Virus record (IMG/VR): IMGVR_UViG_3300021254_001514 | Span: 1 to 64,000 of that record | Reading direction: 5' to 3' (one strand) | Length of the DNA stretch: 64,000 nt | DNA from: a virus | Lineage: Duplodnaviria; Caudoviricetes | In this document: positions 38,801 through 46,921 of the stretch, one piece after another | How positions within the stretch are numbered: position 1 is the stretch's first letter | How the letters are laid out: each line of letters opens with the position of its first letter | The notes under the pieces: model-generated | Seen by the model: the letters and a program-made list of their open reading frames with translations, nothing else | What the model was told of the DNA's origin: nothing | The model's database searches: none | Made by a program: the position numbers and the translations under genes

Positions 38801-40381
38801 ACGGGCAATAACTGTTTTAAGCGCAGTACCCGCTGTTTCAGCAGACTCACGAGTTGTTTCAATAATTTGCGCAAGGAATGCAGCTGTATTTTCAAATGAC
38901 ATATTAGCGTTATTTGCTAATGATGCCACTTTCGTCATAGCGACAGAAATTTCATTTACATCGGAAGCAGTTTTAGCTGCTAAGTTAGAATACACATCAT
39001 TAATATTCTGCGCATTTGCTTCAGTAATTTCCATATTGAAACCACGAAGCGCATTTGTCATACGGTCGGTAGCTTCAGCAGCATCAAGTCCGGCAATACG
39101 AGCCATTTTTAGTGTCTCGTTAGAAACAGCCATTACCTCGTTAGTAGACAAACCTTGCTGGTAATAAAGTGTCGCAGCTTCGTATGCATCATGGATGGAA
39201 ACGCCAAGTTCATTCGCACGTTTTGTGTATTCGGGCAACTGATCCCACATATCACCGACACTAAAGTCAGTAACTACCGCAGTCTCAGTCATAACGGCAT
39301 CAAGGTCTTTAACAGTCTCGAAAGCAGCACTTACAGCTCTTTTAAACAGATTTACTGCATTTTCAAGACCGAAAAAGTATTTAACTTTATTTTTAAAATT
39401 TTCAAGAGTATTATCTAACTCTTTCGCATTTTCAGTACTCTCTTCTATGCCTCCACCAAGAGCTTCTGCCGCGTGAGCACCCTCAATAGCATTAGAAGAA
39501 AACTTCTCAACTATTTTTGAAGCTTTCTCTAAATTTTTTGAATCAATATCTTTGAGAGCGGAACGGAGTTCGTCGACACTCTTAATTGACGATGGATCAA
39601 AATCAAGTTTTATTTCACCAGCTTTTTGAGCGTCAGACAGCGCTTTTGTCACTTCTAACAAGCTGTCAGCTTTGATTTTATTTAAACTATCATTAAGTTC
39701 ATTTATTTCTTTATCGTATCTAGAAATCTGTTCTTCCGCGACAGCGATTTTTTGGTTTGAACCATTGATAGTAGTTTGTAATTTTTTTTCTTGATTTTCT
39801 AGCTTTTCTATTTCCGCGGCAGTCTCTTCTGTTGCTGTTTCGAGACCCCGTAAATTTACTAACTGTTCCTTTACTTCTTTTAAGTTAGTTTCAGCGACAG
39901 TTTTAGTTGCTATATTTTTTTCTTTTGTATTTTCTGCCTTACTTCTTTTTGATCTTACGCTACCTAACTCACTCCGAGTCTGTCTCTCTCTTTCGGCAAT
40001 TTTATTGTAGTAATTATCAATAGCTTTTTGTAAAGCATCAGCTTCTTTCTTTGCTACTTTAAACTTATCAGCTAAAGTAATTTTGCTTGAACCGCTATTT
40101 ATCTTTTTGAAGATTTTATCAAACTCACTACCTATACTATTAACTTCTGAGCGAATCTTCTTCTCGTCAAGTAAGCTTATTTTATTATCCTTGGTATATT
40201 GTTGAACATTTTTAATTTTATTCTCCAACTCATCCAAAGATTTTTCAATAGACCCTTTTAAATTATCGGGCATTTTTAGTTTAGATAGCTCTTTTTGTAT
40301 TTTAGTAAGTTGACTACTCATGTCACCTACTTTCGCAGCTACGTCAACCGTCAACTTCACAGTTCTATCATTTTGTCCCAT
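32870..40381 (-). CDS. Tail tape measure protein (2503 aa)
   Basis: TP901-type core (DLDAVMTETAVV, RIAGLDAAEA, ETAGTALKT), long coiled coils, C-terminal TGGLADFTGPAWLDGT..PELVL. Confidence 0.92.
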   Translation of the reverse strand: MGQNDRTVKLTVDVAAKVGDMSSQLTKIQKELSKLKMPDNLKGSIEKSLDELENKIKNVQQYTKDNKISLLDEKKIRSEVNSIGSEFDKIFKKINSGSSKITLADKFKVAKKEADALQKAIDNYYNKIAERERQTRSELGSVRSKRSKAENTKEKNIATKTVAETNLKEVKEQLVNLRGLETATEETAAEIEKLENQEKKLQTTINGSNQKIAVAEEQISRYDKEINELNDSLNKIKADSLLEVTKALSDAQKAGEIKLDFDPSSIKSVDELRSALKDIDSKNLEKASKIVEKFSSNAIEGAHAAEALGGGIEESTENAKELDNTLENFKNKVKYFFGLENAVNLFKRAVSAAFETVKDLDAVMTETAVVTDFSVGDMWDQLPEYTKRANELGVSIHDAYEAATLYYQQGLSTNEVMAVSNETLKMARIAGLDAAEATDRMTNALRGFNMEITEANAQNINDVYSNLAAKTASDVNEISVAMTKVASLANNANMSFENTAAFLAQIIETTRESAETAGTALKTVIARFSEVKELRSKGELLGTDEEGQEIDVNKVSQALRSAGINLNEYLTGAKGLDEIFIELSSKWDSLDQVQQRYIATMAAGSRQQSRFIALMQDSSRMTELLGYANDAAGASQEQFAKTLDSLQTKLNQLKNAWDTFLMTLANNEAIKLVVDLLTKLIGSLNKVLDTVGKFGGSWTKSFAGIGLIFGGFKLGKTGGNKLLGNIGKSLGIVNKELGKEGSELEETGETNSQSYGKGFKEGLKKFFTTEKVISKKLVGEPSKEALTSIKKSLSGLKIKEGESKGSKLTDEQKQEIITVYKTKGYESAVQAASKYGVTLNSTNQAVRDWGGQVEQVNKKVTISYRAVGVGLAMVGAAINHFAKESDSTVGKIGQTLSDTFSQAGTALMTFGPQIKALPTPLKIAAGAGLLLVNAFKAFKSESPEEKLKKVQEKSEAAAKGAEEATKRYNDLKNSLDSLKESQSNIEKMTVGTTEWKNAVQDTNKQVLDLIENYGELAQYVKNNNGQLILDTNSSEVQSILSNQSRGASNAQLINISTQRDLIEAQNKALTSKQQELFDPITASAFGTNEDVARALAGDAESIKKLGVTTEQLAEAAKQNGGEWISAMRKTGETLLANDSKLEAYYKATAAQIESSENFTEEQNKYINNFLSSDRLKAYEDAVDTSKYEGENRQKLQNELAGRLGYTNYDDLLKARNVEEISDKEISAELAKLDAMDKATEATREFAKALDGSQGELLKSIYGKENGLGLNEEQAKRINSLSGNTDALYTYLTGKEVTNEIKDSTEYEQIISDAINASTNSLEVINKYLESLPKEIKDSLENADAGTVKTFSEFFNNIIAASGKEASKNISDYLEGLSAGDLEKVAAALNMIDPRNIDEVEDLPNILADLGGESIFAESEMQGFIKAIEAGAHSVKQFNMDNIIEQIRTIGQLQKDIRTGEHDRTFSEDEYNNLIKVAPEIAADFEKDLSGNYIYVGQRMENLTAALDENTRAVLEEANKQLDNQIKAAEVLGESSYLSYEGGTPHDVISGLEDRASLQGQELKDVFQGYLDNLRAGGVDLSTLLGIDQNSSADSFSEEQIHGYLDKLFTTMNNYAENKAAQAKATQEGKILTYQSTNTATQNADLGMQGDEAAVKALKVQAAQAGVTQEAYAELYTEIEKGSQSAVFELGQITTMYEEANKIDIDTSEIEHLATELKKANKELDNTTAAEVAFLNIKFNKGLKQISDSYEDWNALIDENTGLIKANSAVDSEVFNDLKESVGMLLNVTEPLSDAFWESSENMELLQQAAQGDMEAIEQLRLAAAKDITIQIRDQFDPVADRETWNKINELSRELENLDLPDLEPGMDLTNVDAGVQSFIDKCNEMLRTGTMSANELAKVWAAAGFDTQVEYEDIEVDWLSNGRVGDTKGYIQSAGAVAEMVKQHYKLRVPKQLHFNAVGSSTPTTYNPPTGSTGGGGKKSSEAADNKNTALWTNPYDKLHNALKETESLMKIRERLERDFQKTVRDTNQTNAQSYKLYEDEVMALKKQKDLQEAIMNQKKKDVENANKGQGGSYVNAEGKRVQFRNIANAKKGSPLFAYKEMMDLIHYDFNTHSMMIGNDRIGNNEQFLAWNKVHGVQNVEGADDLGSFIEAYYNYVQDQANYYEEALDGMNEAQDAIDELNKSMVDSFKSLEDRVLDAVIAAREKEIDKLENLSDTIKDSSDKVIDDMRQQVEAERQARQNEKTEEEIAQRESRLEYLRRDTSGANQKEILQLEKELEESRQSYQDSLIDQSLQQMQDEADVAAEQRANQIEIMREQLKIDQENGTLWNTVGPLIQQALTNGVIGSELEKLLKNNDLYNSLSSFGKQTWTNDLIEAVKKANIGFQAAKVDKNGSPTEYKLFKTGGLADFTGPAWLDGTKTKPELVLNQQDTQNFISLIDTLSSLNKNGNQSSLGAGGNNYYDIDISAELGSDYDVDQLAEKIKKQIQDDSAYRNTTSIGFIR

Positions 40382-40397
40382 AACTCCCTCCTAACTT

Positions 40398-40428
40398 AAA
40401 AAATCGGCATTAGTTTCACTAATGCCGA
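40398..40428 (-). terminator. Intrinsic terminator directly upstream of the tape measure RBS
   Basis: Minus strand TCGGCATTAGT-gaa-ACTAATGCCGA-TTTTTT. Confidence 0.75.
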
Positions 40429-40430
40429 AT

Positions 40431-41225
40431 TTAAAAGTCACTATCTATATCATCACCCAAAAAGCAAAAATCGCTCACATAGGTGTCTCCTCTCGATCCC
40501 ACCGGAACCCCGATTGCGGAAAAATTACCAACAACAGGATTTGCTTGCGCTCCGAGCCTTATAGATAATTCAGACATTAGCTTTAATTTTGGAACCCTTA
40601 TAATACCGGTACTAATAGTTCCTGTCTTATCATCTTTAGCTTTCGTTTTTCCCTCTAACTCCAAAAAACCATTAAGCAATCGCTGTCCTATTTTATAAGA
40701 CTGCGCGCTTCCCGAATAATCAAATGTATAATCAATAACTACTGTTGTATATGGTGCATCAATAGTAATTATGTTATCTTCTAATGTAAAATTAGTAATT
40801 TTCTCCCCAGTTTCTTCCTGATAAATAAAAACTGAAGAAATATCATTGGGAGAATACTTTAACTCTATTCTATTGTTTTGGTCACTTTCTAATATCTCTG
40901 TCTTAGTAACCGAAATTGGCGTCTCATTCTCTAAAGTAACTAAATGCGCGCCAGTTAATAAAGCAAATTGAGTTTTTGAAAAGACTCCTTGAGAAAAATA
41001 AATGTTAATTTCTTTTGTTGTCTCCCAAAAAACGTGAGGCCTGTTATCAAAACCACCATTAGCAGTAACTCGTGTTACTATTTCTGATAAACCGCTAATC
41101 ATAATTTTATCAAACTTGGCAATAGTTTCGCCTTTTAAGATTTTTCTATTACCTATACCTATATCATAAGTAGCTTTTAACCTTACGTCCTCAAACTCTT
41201 TGAACGAAAATTTTTCTTCTGCCAT
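40431..41225 (-). CDS. Tail-tube-like paralogue
   Basis: Shares its layout with 41290..42075 (KEFEDV vs KEVADV; IIRVPKLKLMS..SIRLGAQANP vs FIIPKAKVQS..TITLEAEGDP). Confidence 0.6.
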   Translation of the reverse strand: MAEEKFSFKEFEDVRLKATYDIGIGNRKILKGETIAKFDKIMISGLSEIVTRVTANGGFDNRPHVFWETTKEINIYFSQGVFSKTQFALLTGAHLVTLENETPISVTKTEILESDQNNRIELKYSPNDISSVFIYQEETGEKITNFTLEDNIITIDAPYTTVVIDYTFDYSGSAQSYKIGQRLLNGFLELEGKTKAKDDKTGTISTGIIRVPKLKLMSELSIRLGAQANPVVGNFSAIGVPVGSRGDTYVSDFCFLGDDIDSDF

Positions 41226-41239
41226 CTTCTTTTCCTTTC

Positions 41240-41268
41240 AAAAAAGGTGGAGGCAAAAAGCCTCCACC
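41240..41268 (-). terminator. Intrinsic terminator after the major tail protein gene
   Basis: Minus strand GGTGGAGGC-ttttt-GCCTCCACC-TTTTTT. Confidence 0.8.
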
Positions 41269-41289
41269 ATCCATTAGTCTTATATTAAA

Positions 41290-42075
41290 TTAGCCTTCCG
41301 CGCCAGCATCCGGTGTAATATCATACTTAATAAGTCTCATCATAACACCATCATCAGGACGCAGAACACGAAGATCCATATTGAATACAGAAGGATCGCC
41401 TTCAGCTTCAAGAGTGATTGTGTTACCAGACTGAACCTTAGCCTTAGGAATGATGAACTGGAAGTACTCATCATCACCGGTAACAGAAGAACGTGCATAA
41501 GTATCACCAGTTACATAGTATGTGCCTGGGAATGTGTCGCCACTAATCTCAATCATACCACTCTTATCAGTCTCAACAGGTACGTTAAAGGTAACGTAAA
41601 ATGTTTCGCCTAGTTTAGTGCTTGCCGCAGCAGAAGAAATGGTAGAACCAGAAGCATCATAAATTGTGTACTCACTAGGAATCGTATAAGTTTTACCCTT
41701 TCCACCCTTATAGGTCTTTGGCATTTCCGGTGCAGAACCATTAACTGTCCATTTGATAGTTTTCTTTAACTCTGTAGGAGCTGTAGCATAGTTTCCATCA
41801 CCGAACATGATCGCCATGGACTTAGCAGAAAACAGTGCATCTTCAAGAGTTACAGTAATCTCTTTACCATAATCCCAGCTTACGAGTGCCGGATTACCCT
41901 TACCACCATTTGCAGTAACCTCTTCTGCGGTCTGTTCAATAGTGGAAACTTTTAAAGTATCAAGATACAGTACGGGATAAGTTGGCATTCCCTTGTTAGC
42001 GCCTGAATCACCAATTTTGTAAAAGGTAACATCGGCAACTTCTTTAATACCATATTGCTCTAAAATGTTAGACAT
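41290..42075 (-). CDS. Major tail (tube) protein
   Basis: Position, codon usage typical of high expression, GGKGNPALVSWD and TLEAEGDPSVF. Confidence 0.7.
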   Translation of the reverse strand: MSNILEQYGIKEVADVTFYKIGDSGANKGMPTYPVLYLDTLKVSTIEQTAEEVTANGGKGNPALVSWDYGKEITVTLEDALFSAKSMAIMFGDGNYATAPTELKKTIKWTVNGSAPEMPKTYKGGKGKTYTIPSEYTIYDASGSTISSAAASTKLGETFYVTFNVPVETDKSGMIEISGDTFPGTYYVTGDTYARSSVTGDDEYFQFIIPKAKVQSGNTITLEAEGDPSVFNMDLRVLRPDDGVMMRLIKYDITPDAGAEG

Positions 42076-42086
42076 TGTATAGCCTC

Positions 42087-42821
42087 CTATTTATCTTCTA
42101 AATTTTTAATCCAATATTCAGGTTTTATTTTTTTGCTATCTGCACCAGCAAGCAGGCTATCTATATCTATCTGATATTTTTCTTTTCCTTGATAGACACT
42201 CATAAGAATTGGTATTGCAGCATAGCTTAACTCTCCAATATTAAGTGGACTTAGTCCTATTTGCATACAAGAAATTGAAGCAATTATAGATTCAATTTTT
42301 AAACCCTTTCCTTGTTTAGCTTTAATACGGTCTCGATACCTTGCCTTAGCCTTGATTGCCTTTACACGAGGGTCTTCATCTGGTCTAGGCGGTTCTATTT
42401 CCTTATCGCCAACACAGGATCTTATTAAATTTTGAAATTCAAAGTAATCTTCTTCTTTGAGGATTCTTAACTCATTTACGTCTTTAACATTAGTAATATC
42501 CCCAATAATAATTTGTTTCGTTTCAAATAAGATGAAAATAGGTTCGTGAGTAAAAAATAAGAAGGCTTTTTCTAGCGCAATCTTAAATTGTGGACTATTA
42601 TAAGCTCCATTCAATATATATTCAAAAGGAGTTAATATATCTTTTGTGTCTTGTCCATTTCGTACATATTCATCTTCTATTTCTTCTTGAGAAAGAGTTA
42701 ATATCTTTAAAAATACCCCATAGTCTTTTGTTGCGATTACATCTTTTAATTTTGGTGGATAAACTAAAAATAAATTCTTAAACTCTACGGGGTATCCAAG
42801 CATAAAACAAGCTTTATTCAT
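42087..42821 (-). CDS. Tail assembly protein (chaperone-like)
   Basis: Position among the neck/tail genes; C-terminal SLLAGADSKKIKPEYW. Confidence 0.5.
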   Translation of the reverse strand: MNKACFMLGYPVEFKNLFLVYPPKLKDVIATKDYGVFLKILTLSQEEIEDEYVRNGQDTKDILTPFEYILNGAYNSPQFKIALEKAFLFFTHEPIFILFETKQIIIGDITNVKDVNELRILKEEDYFEFQNLIRSCVGDKEIEPPRPDEDPRVKAIKAKARYRDRIKAKQGKGLKIESIIASISCMQIGLSPLNIGELSYAAIPILMSVYQGKEKYQIDIDSLLAGADSKKIKPEYWIKNLEDK

Positions 42822-43302
42822 AATTTATAATTTCAAAGGTCATTTCATAACAGGAAATTTCATCTGTTAAGAAATTTAACGAAAAATCTCCACCTACAAT
42901 TTTTCCTAAACCATTGACATTTTTATCACAAAGACTTTTTTGAATTTCTCCCATTATACAGAATGGTCTTAAACTATCACTTTTAATTAACCATTGGGTA
43001 AGAGGTACAAAAACTTCTATACCAAGAGAGATGTCTCTAAATTCTCCATTCTCTATATTTGTCTTTCCTCTAACAACCCGTAAAGAAACAATACTCTGCG
43101 CCGTCTCCTTTGGGCCGACTCTAGGAATTATCTTTATAAGTTTACCAAAAATCAGTGATTCAATCTGTTCTTTGGTTAAATCCGCACCATTTAAGGGGTC
43201 TTTATCAGTATAATATAATAACTTCAGAAGATTCTGATTACTCATAAGTCTATTCATAATCTTCTGAAGGTTAAGTCCTAGTTCTCCTAAATTTCTAACC
43301 AT
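42814..43302 (-). CDS. Neck / tail-terminator-like protein
   Basis: ATG 43302 (MVRNL) follows a GGAGG RBS. Function inferred from position. Confidence 0.55.
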   Translation of the reverse strand: MVRNLGELGLNLQKIMNRLMSNQNLLKLLYYTDKDPLNGADLTKEQIESLIFGKLIKIIPRVGPKETAQSIVSLRVVRGKTNIENGEFRDISLGIEVFVPLTQWLIKSDSLRPFCIMGEIQKSLCDKNVNGLGKIVGGDFSLNFLTDEISCYEMTFEIINYE

Positions 43303-44026
43303 TCTCCACACCTCCCATTTTAAACCAATAATAATCATCCTCATTATCGGAAGGGGTTTGTTCTGGTGCAGGAGATAAATCATACTCATAAACAGGATCA
43401 ACAGTTACATATTCTACTCCATCAGTAGATTGTATATCATAACCAGTAACCCTATAATATTCCTGAAAAGGATCTTCTCCTATAATAAAATAGTCGTCCT
43501 TTTTAACAAATTCATTTCGAGGCATAATGAAGAAACTTGATTTTAAATTCTCTCCATAATATGTATCCATACGACTTCTTGATTTTAACTCGTCCTTCAA
43601 CATATTATTTTCTTGCCCATACATATATGCTAAAGCCGTCTGATGTGAACCATCGCGCGCAACCCAGGAAAGATTATGAGTCATGCTTAACATGACATAT
43701 CTATTATAACCACTAGCTTCTATACTTTCTAACCAGTAAACCATCCAAGGCTTTAAAACATCATCTTTGTCTGGAATATATAAAATAGTTCCGCCAGGGA
43801 AATTAGTATTTACATCGACCAATAAATATTGTAAAATCTTGGTGTCATTCTGTCGGTATCTTTCAAAACTACCAATTACAATTTGGTTATTATATTCTAT
43901 TTCAACTCTATAAACGCTTTTGGCTAAATAAAGTTGAAACTCTTTTTCTCTCTTATGCTGGATTCTTGACTGATAATCAGTCCCATATCTATTAAGTCTT
44001 TTTGTATAAATATCATAGTATTCCAT
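43295..44026 (-). CDS. Head-tail joining protein (putative)
   Basis: Position after the connector gene; coupled ORF. Confidence 0.5.
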   Translation of the reverse strand: MEYYDIYTKRLNRYGTDYQSRIQHKREKEFQLYLAKSVYRVEIEYNNQIVIGSFERYRQNDTKILQYLLVDVNTNFPGGTILYIPDKDDVLKPWMVYWLESIEASGYNRYVMLSMTHNLSWVARDGSHQTALAYMYGQENNMLKDELKSRSRMDTYYGENLKSSFFIMPRNEFVKKDDYFIIGEDPFQEYYRVTGYDIQSTDGVEYVTVDPVYEYDLSPAPEQTPSDNEDDYYWFKMGGVENG

Positions 44027-44288
44027 CGTTCTTATCCCTGGAAAGCAGACTCATACAATCAAAGACTGTCTTTCTAAAATATTCATATCTTAAATAACGA
44101 AGCATATTAACTTTATTACAGATAGTTAAGTAGTTAATAGTTTTTAACTCTTCAGGAAAACCTTGTAATTCAATAATAATGGCATCAAGGAACTGTTCCC
44201 AGGGGCCATCCTTTTCATATTCACAAAGCAATCCGAAGAGTTTATTTTTTAATTTATTATTATAGCCTTCTACAATACTATTATTCAT
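44013..44288 (-). CDS. Hypothetical protein
   Basis: Coupled ORF in the neck region. Confidence 0.6.
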   Translation of the reverse strand: MNNSIVEGYNNKLKNKLFGLLCEYEKDGPWEQFLDAIIIELQGFPEELKTINYLTICNKVNMLRYLRYEYFRKTVFDCMSLLSRDKNDGIL

Positions 44289-44709
44289 TTCCGGCTAATT
44301 CTCTATATGGGAATGGTTTATTATCAATAGAGCGATAATAAATACTTTCAAGTTTCGCTGCATTTTTCTGCTCGGCCGCCAACATAGCGTTAAACTTATC
44401 TAATAAATTGGCTTGAGAGAAATCTCTTTCATCATACAGCGGCTTAACATTTTCCCATGTAAGAATAGTTCTATTTAACCACTCACACTTCATATAACAA
44501 GCTAAAATCTGAACTTCGCTATTACTTAAATCATTATCAAATCCAGCACTTGTATAAGATAATGAAGTTCTCGGAAACTTAAAACGAACAACCGCGGCCT
44601 CTAAGAGAGTAAAAAGGTCGCGCTCGGTATCGCTTTCTTCCCAAGTTTCCCACTCATCATCTAAAATTTTACTTAAAAAAGCGGTATATACAGTATCAAA
44701 AGAGGTCAT
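44281..44709 (-). CDS. Head-tail connector/adaptor (putative)
   Basis: Helical 142-aa protein (TSFDTVY..FL, EVQILA..M) downstream of the capsid genes. Confidence 0.55.
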   Translation of the reverse strand: MTSFDTVYTAFLSKILDDEWETWEESDTERDLFTLLEAAVVRFKFPRTSLSYTSAGFDNDLSNSEVQILACYMKCEWLNRTILTWENVKPLYDERDFSQANLLDKFNAMLAAEQKNAAKLESIYYRSIDNKPFPYRELAGNE

Positions 44710-44712
44710 AGA

Positions 44713-45186
44713 TTAGTCCTCCTTATTCTGTTTCGCTAAACGAACTGCGGCAATTACATCACGACCGCATTTCTCCTTAATATATTCACACTTGTCAAAA
44801 TCAACAAGTTTATTTTTCACAGCATAATCAGCTAAAGCTTCAATCTGCTCGTAACCAAGCTTGTCCACATTAGCCTTAAATTCATCGAGCGGAAGATTTA
44901 CCATATACTTTCTGCGCTCTTTATCTGTTAAAACAATCACATTAACCGGTTCAGTAGCATCCTCAGGCTCAATGCCTAATTCCTGTTTAACTTTCAAATC
45001 TTCAATATATACAATTCCGGTATCAATCATATACTTAATCCCAGGCTCATAAAGTAACTGAGAAAAAATTTCTTTATCAATAGAAATAGAAGCACCATTA
45101 GGTGCCAACTCTCTTTTAAAATTCTGCATAGCTGACATAATAGTCACTGGAGAATTTGTAGTATTTTTAATTACAACCTTATCCAT
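44713..45186 (-). CDS. Hypothetical virion-morphogenesis protein
   Basis: GGAG RBS; directly after the MCP gene. Confidence 0.6.
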   Translation of the reverse strand: MDKVVIKNTTNSPVTIMSAMQNFKRELAPNGASISIDKEIFSQLLYEPGIKYMIDTGIVYIEDLKVKQELGIEPEDATEPVNVIVLTDKERRKYMVNLPLDEFKANVDKLGYEQIEALADYAVKNKLVDFDKCEYIKEKCGRDVIAAVRLAKQNKED

Positions 45187-45212
45187 ATTTTTACTCCTTT
45201 AACTCCTTTTTA

Positions 45213-45242
45213 TAAAGGGGAGAGGTTTATCCCCTCCCCTTC
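45213..45242 (-). terminator. Hairpin after the MCP gene (probable attenuating terminator)
   Basis: Minus strand AGGGGAGGGG-ataaa-CCTCTCCCCT-TTAT, with a weak U-tract. Confidence 0.6.
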
Positions 45243-45257
45243 CTATTTATTTTCTAT

Positions 45258-46331
45258 TTAGAAACCGTAAGGTGACTCAAAAGTCTGTGTAATTGCTGTA
45301 TTCTGGTAAATAGCCCAGTCATGCTGAGTCAGAATAGCGCAACCCATCTTTTTGTACGCATAAACTTCAAGCGAATTATCTCTGTTCTTGAAGTCATTAA
45401 TCTGTGTAGCACCCTCAAGTACAACCTTAACAACCTTTTGACGTCCAGTAGGCAGAATGTATGCTAACTGAGGATCAATCCAAGTCTTTTTATTGTTCTC
45501 GTCAATAAAGGACTGAGGAATCTGAACGATCGGAGTACCACGGAACAGATTAATATAACCCGTTCTATGAATAGCGTCAATATCTTCAGGAGAATAAACT
45601 CCTTGAATAGCGCTACTTGTTGCACCAGAACCGTAGGTAGTAATTGGAACGATTGCATCCGGTCCCATAGCACCTACGAACTCGGGCGGAGCAAAGATTA
45701 CAGCGCCGTCGCCATATGCTCTTACAACAGTGATAAGTTTCTGCATCTTATCGCCATCGAAACCGCTGACAATTTCCTTATTTGCAGCAGGACGATCAGA
45801 ATCATTTAGAGCAGCTCTCAGAGCCTTGTGAACTTCAAGATAAACTGCATCTGTAAGACCTTCAGTAATAATGGATACTACTTCAGCCAGAGATTCAACA
45901 CCATCAAGCATTCTCTCGAAATCAATGGTAGCTCCACCACCGACTGCGTGAGCCTTTACTGTAAATGTTTCGCTATCAAGACGGAAGGTTTCATATACAC
46001 CAGAAAGACCTACCTGAGTAAGGAACTTCTTAGCACGCTGTCTACCAACACCTCTCTTAAAGATAGCCTGTTGACCCTGAGGTACTACCTGTACTTCAGC
46101 AAAAGCGCTTAAAGCACTGATAACTCTCTTAGGCATAACTTCATCTACAGTATCAATAACAATATCATAAATATCATAACGATTTTTCATGAACTGGTTT
46201 ACAGAACCAGCAAGTTCTTTTAAACCATCCAGGAAAGCCGCATTTACATCAATGTCCTGATTAGCATAGCAAGCAGGTACGGTACCCTTAGCGGCATGAA
46301 GGGCGATTTCTTTTAATTCTTTAATAGTCAT
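45258..46331 (-). CDS. Major capsid protein
   Basis: Size, position after scaffold and decoration genes, and highly biased codons; SPbeta-like arrangement. Confidence 0.8.
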   Translation of the reverse strand: MTIKELKEIALHAAKGTVPACYANQDIDVNAAFLDGLKELAGSVNQFMKNRYDIYDIVIDTVDEVMPKRVISALSAFAEVQVVPQGQQAIFKRGVGRQRAKKFLTQVGLSGVYETFRLDSETFTVKAHAVGGGATIDFERMLDGVESLAEVVSIITEGLTDAVYLEVHKALRAALNDSDRPAANKEIVSGFDGDKMQKLITVVRAYGDGAVIFAPPEFVGAMGPDAIVPITTYGSGATSSAIQGVYSPEDIDAIHRTGYINLFRGTPIVQIPQSFIDENNKKTWIDPQLAYILPTGRQKVVKVVLEGATQINDFKNRDNSLEVYAYKKMGCAILTQHDWAIYQNTAITQTFESPYGF

Positions 46332-46346
46332 TTTCTCATACCCTCC

Positions 46347-46901
46347 TTAGCAAGAATAAACCTGAAGCTTAACAGCTTTCTGTCCATCAGGCATTGTTGT
46401 GTACTCAACAACTCTCATAGCAAGACCACTAGTCGGCGCACTAGAAGAGATTGCAGGAGTACCATCTGAACCTACAGAAGCATACAGGTTAGTTGTCTTA
46501 TAACTACCAAGAGCAGAAATAAATGCTGCCTCTGTAGCAAACTCAGTATCATTATAACTAATGCAGTTAGTTGTGTATTTGTCACCTACTGCAAGGTAAC
46601 CAATTCTCGGTAAAAAGTCGTCTGTTGGGTTAAGAGCAAAATCTTTCAGACCAGTTGCTCTTTCATCATATAGATGTTCTGCGCTATAAACAAGACCGAT
46701 TGGAAGTTTTTCGTCACCGCTAGGTGAGCAAGTACGCTTAACATTGTCTACATGAAGTAGCATACCATTCTCGACTTTCTTACCAGAAAATGCGGATGCA
46801 TCAGGCGCGCATTGAGCCTCAATACGACCGTCTCTACGGAAGGCACAGTTGTTAATTTCAACCTGGCCATAACCGTCAATAGTCATTCTTTGAAGAGCCA
46901 T
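46347..46901 (-). CDS. Capsid decoration/cement protein (putative)
   Basis: Lies between the protease-scaffold and MCP genes; YTTMPDGQKAVKLQV C-terminus. Confidence 0.6.
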   Translation of the reverse strand: MALQRMTIDGYGQVEINNCAFRRDGRIEAQCAPDASAFSGKKVENGMLLHVDNVKRTCSPSGDEKLPIGLVYSAEHLYDERATGLKDFALNPTDDFLPRIGYLAVGDKYTTNCISYNDTEFATEAAFISALGSYKTTNLYASVGSDGTPAISSSAPTSGLAMRVVEYTTMPDGQKAVKLQVYSC

Positions 46902-46921
46902 TTCATAAATCCTCCGTATTA

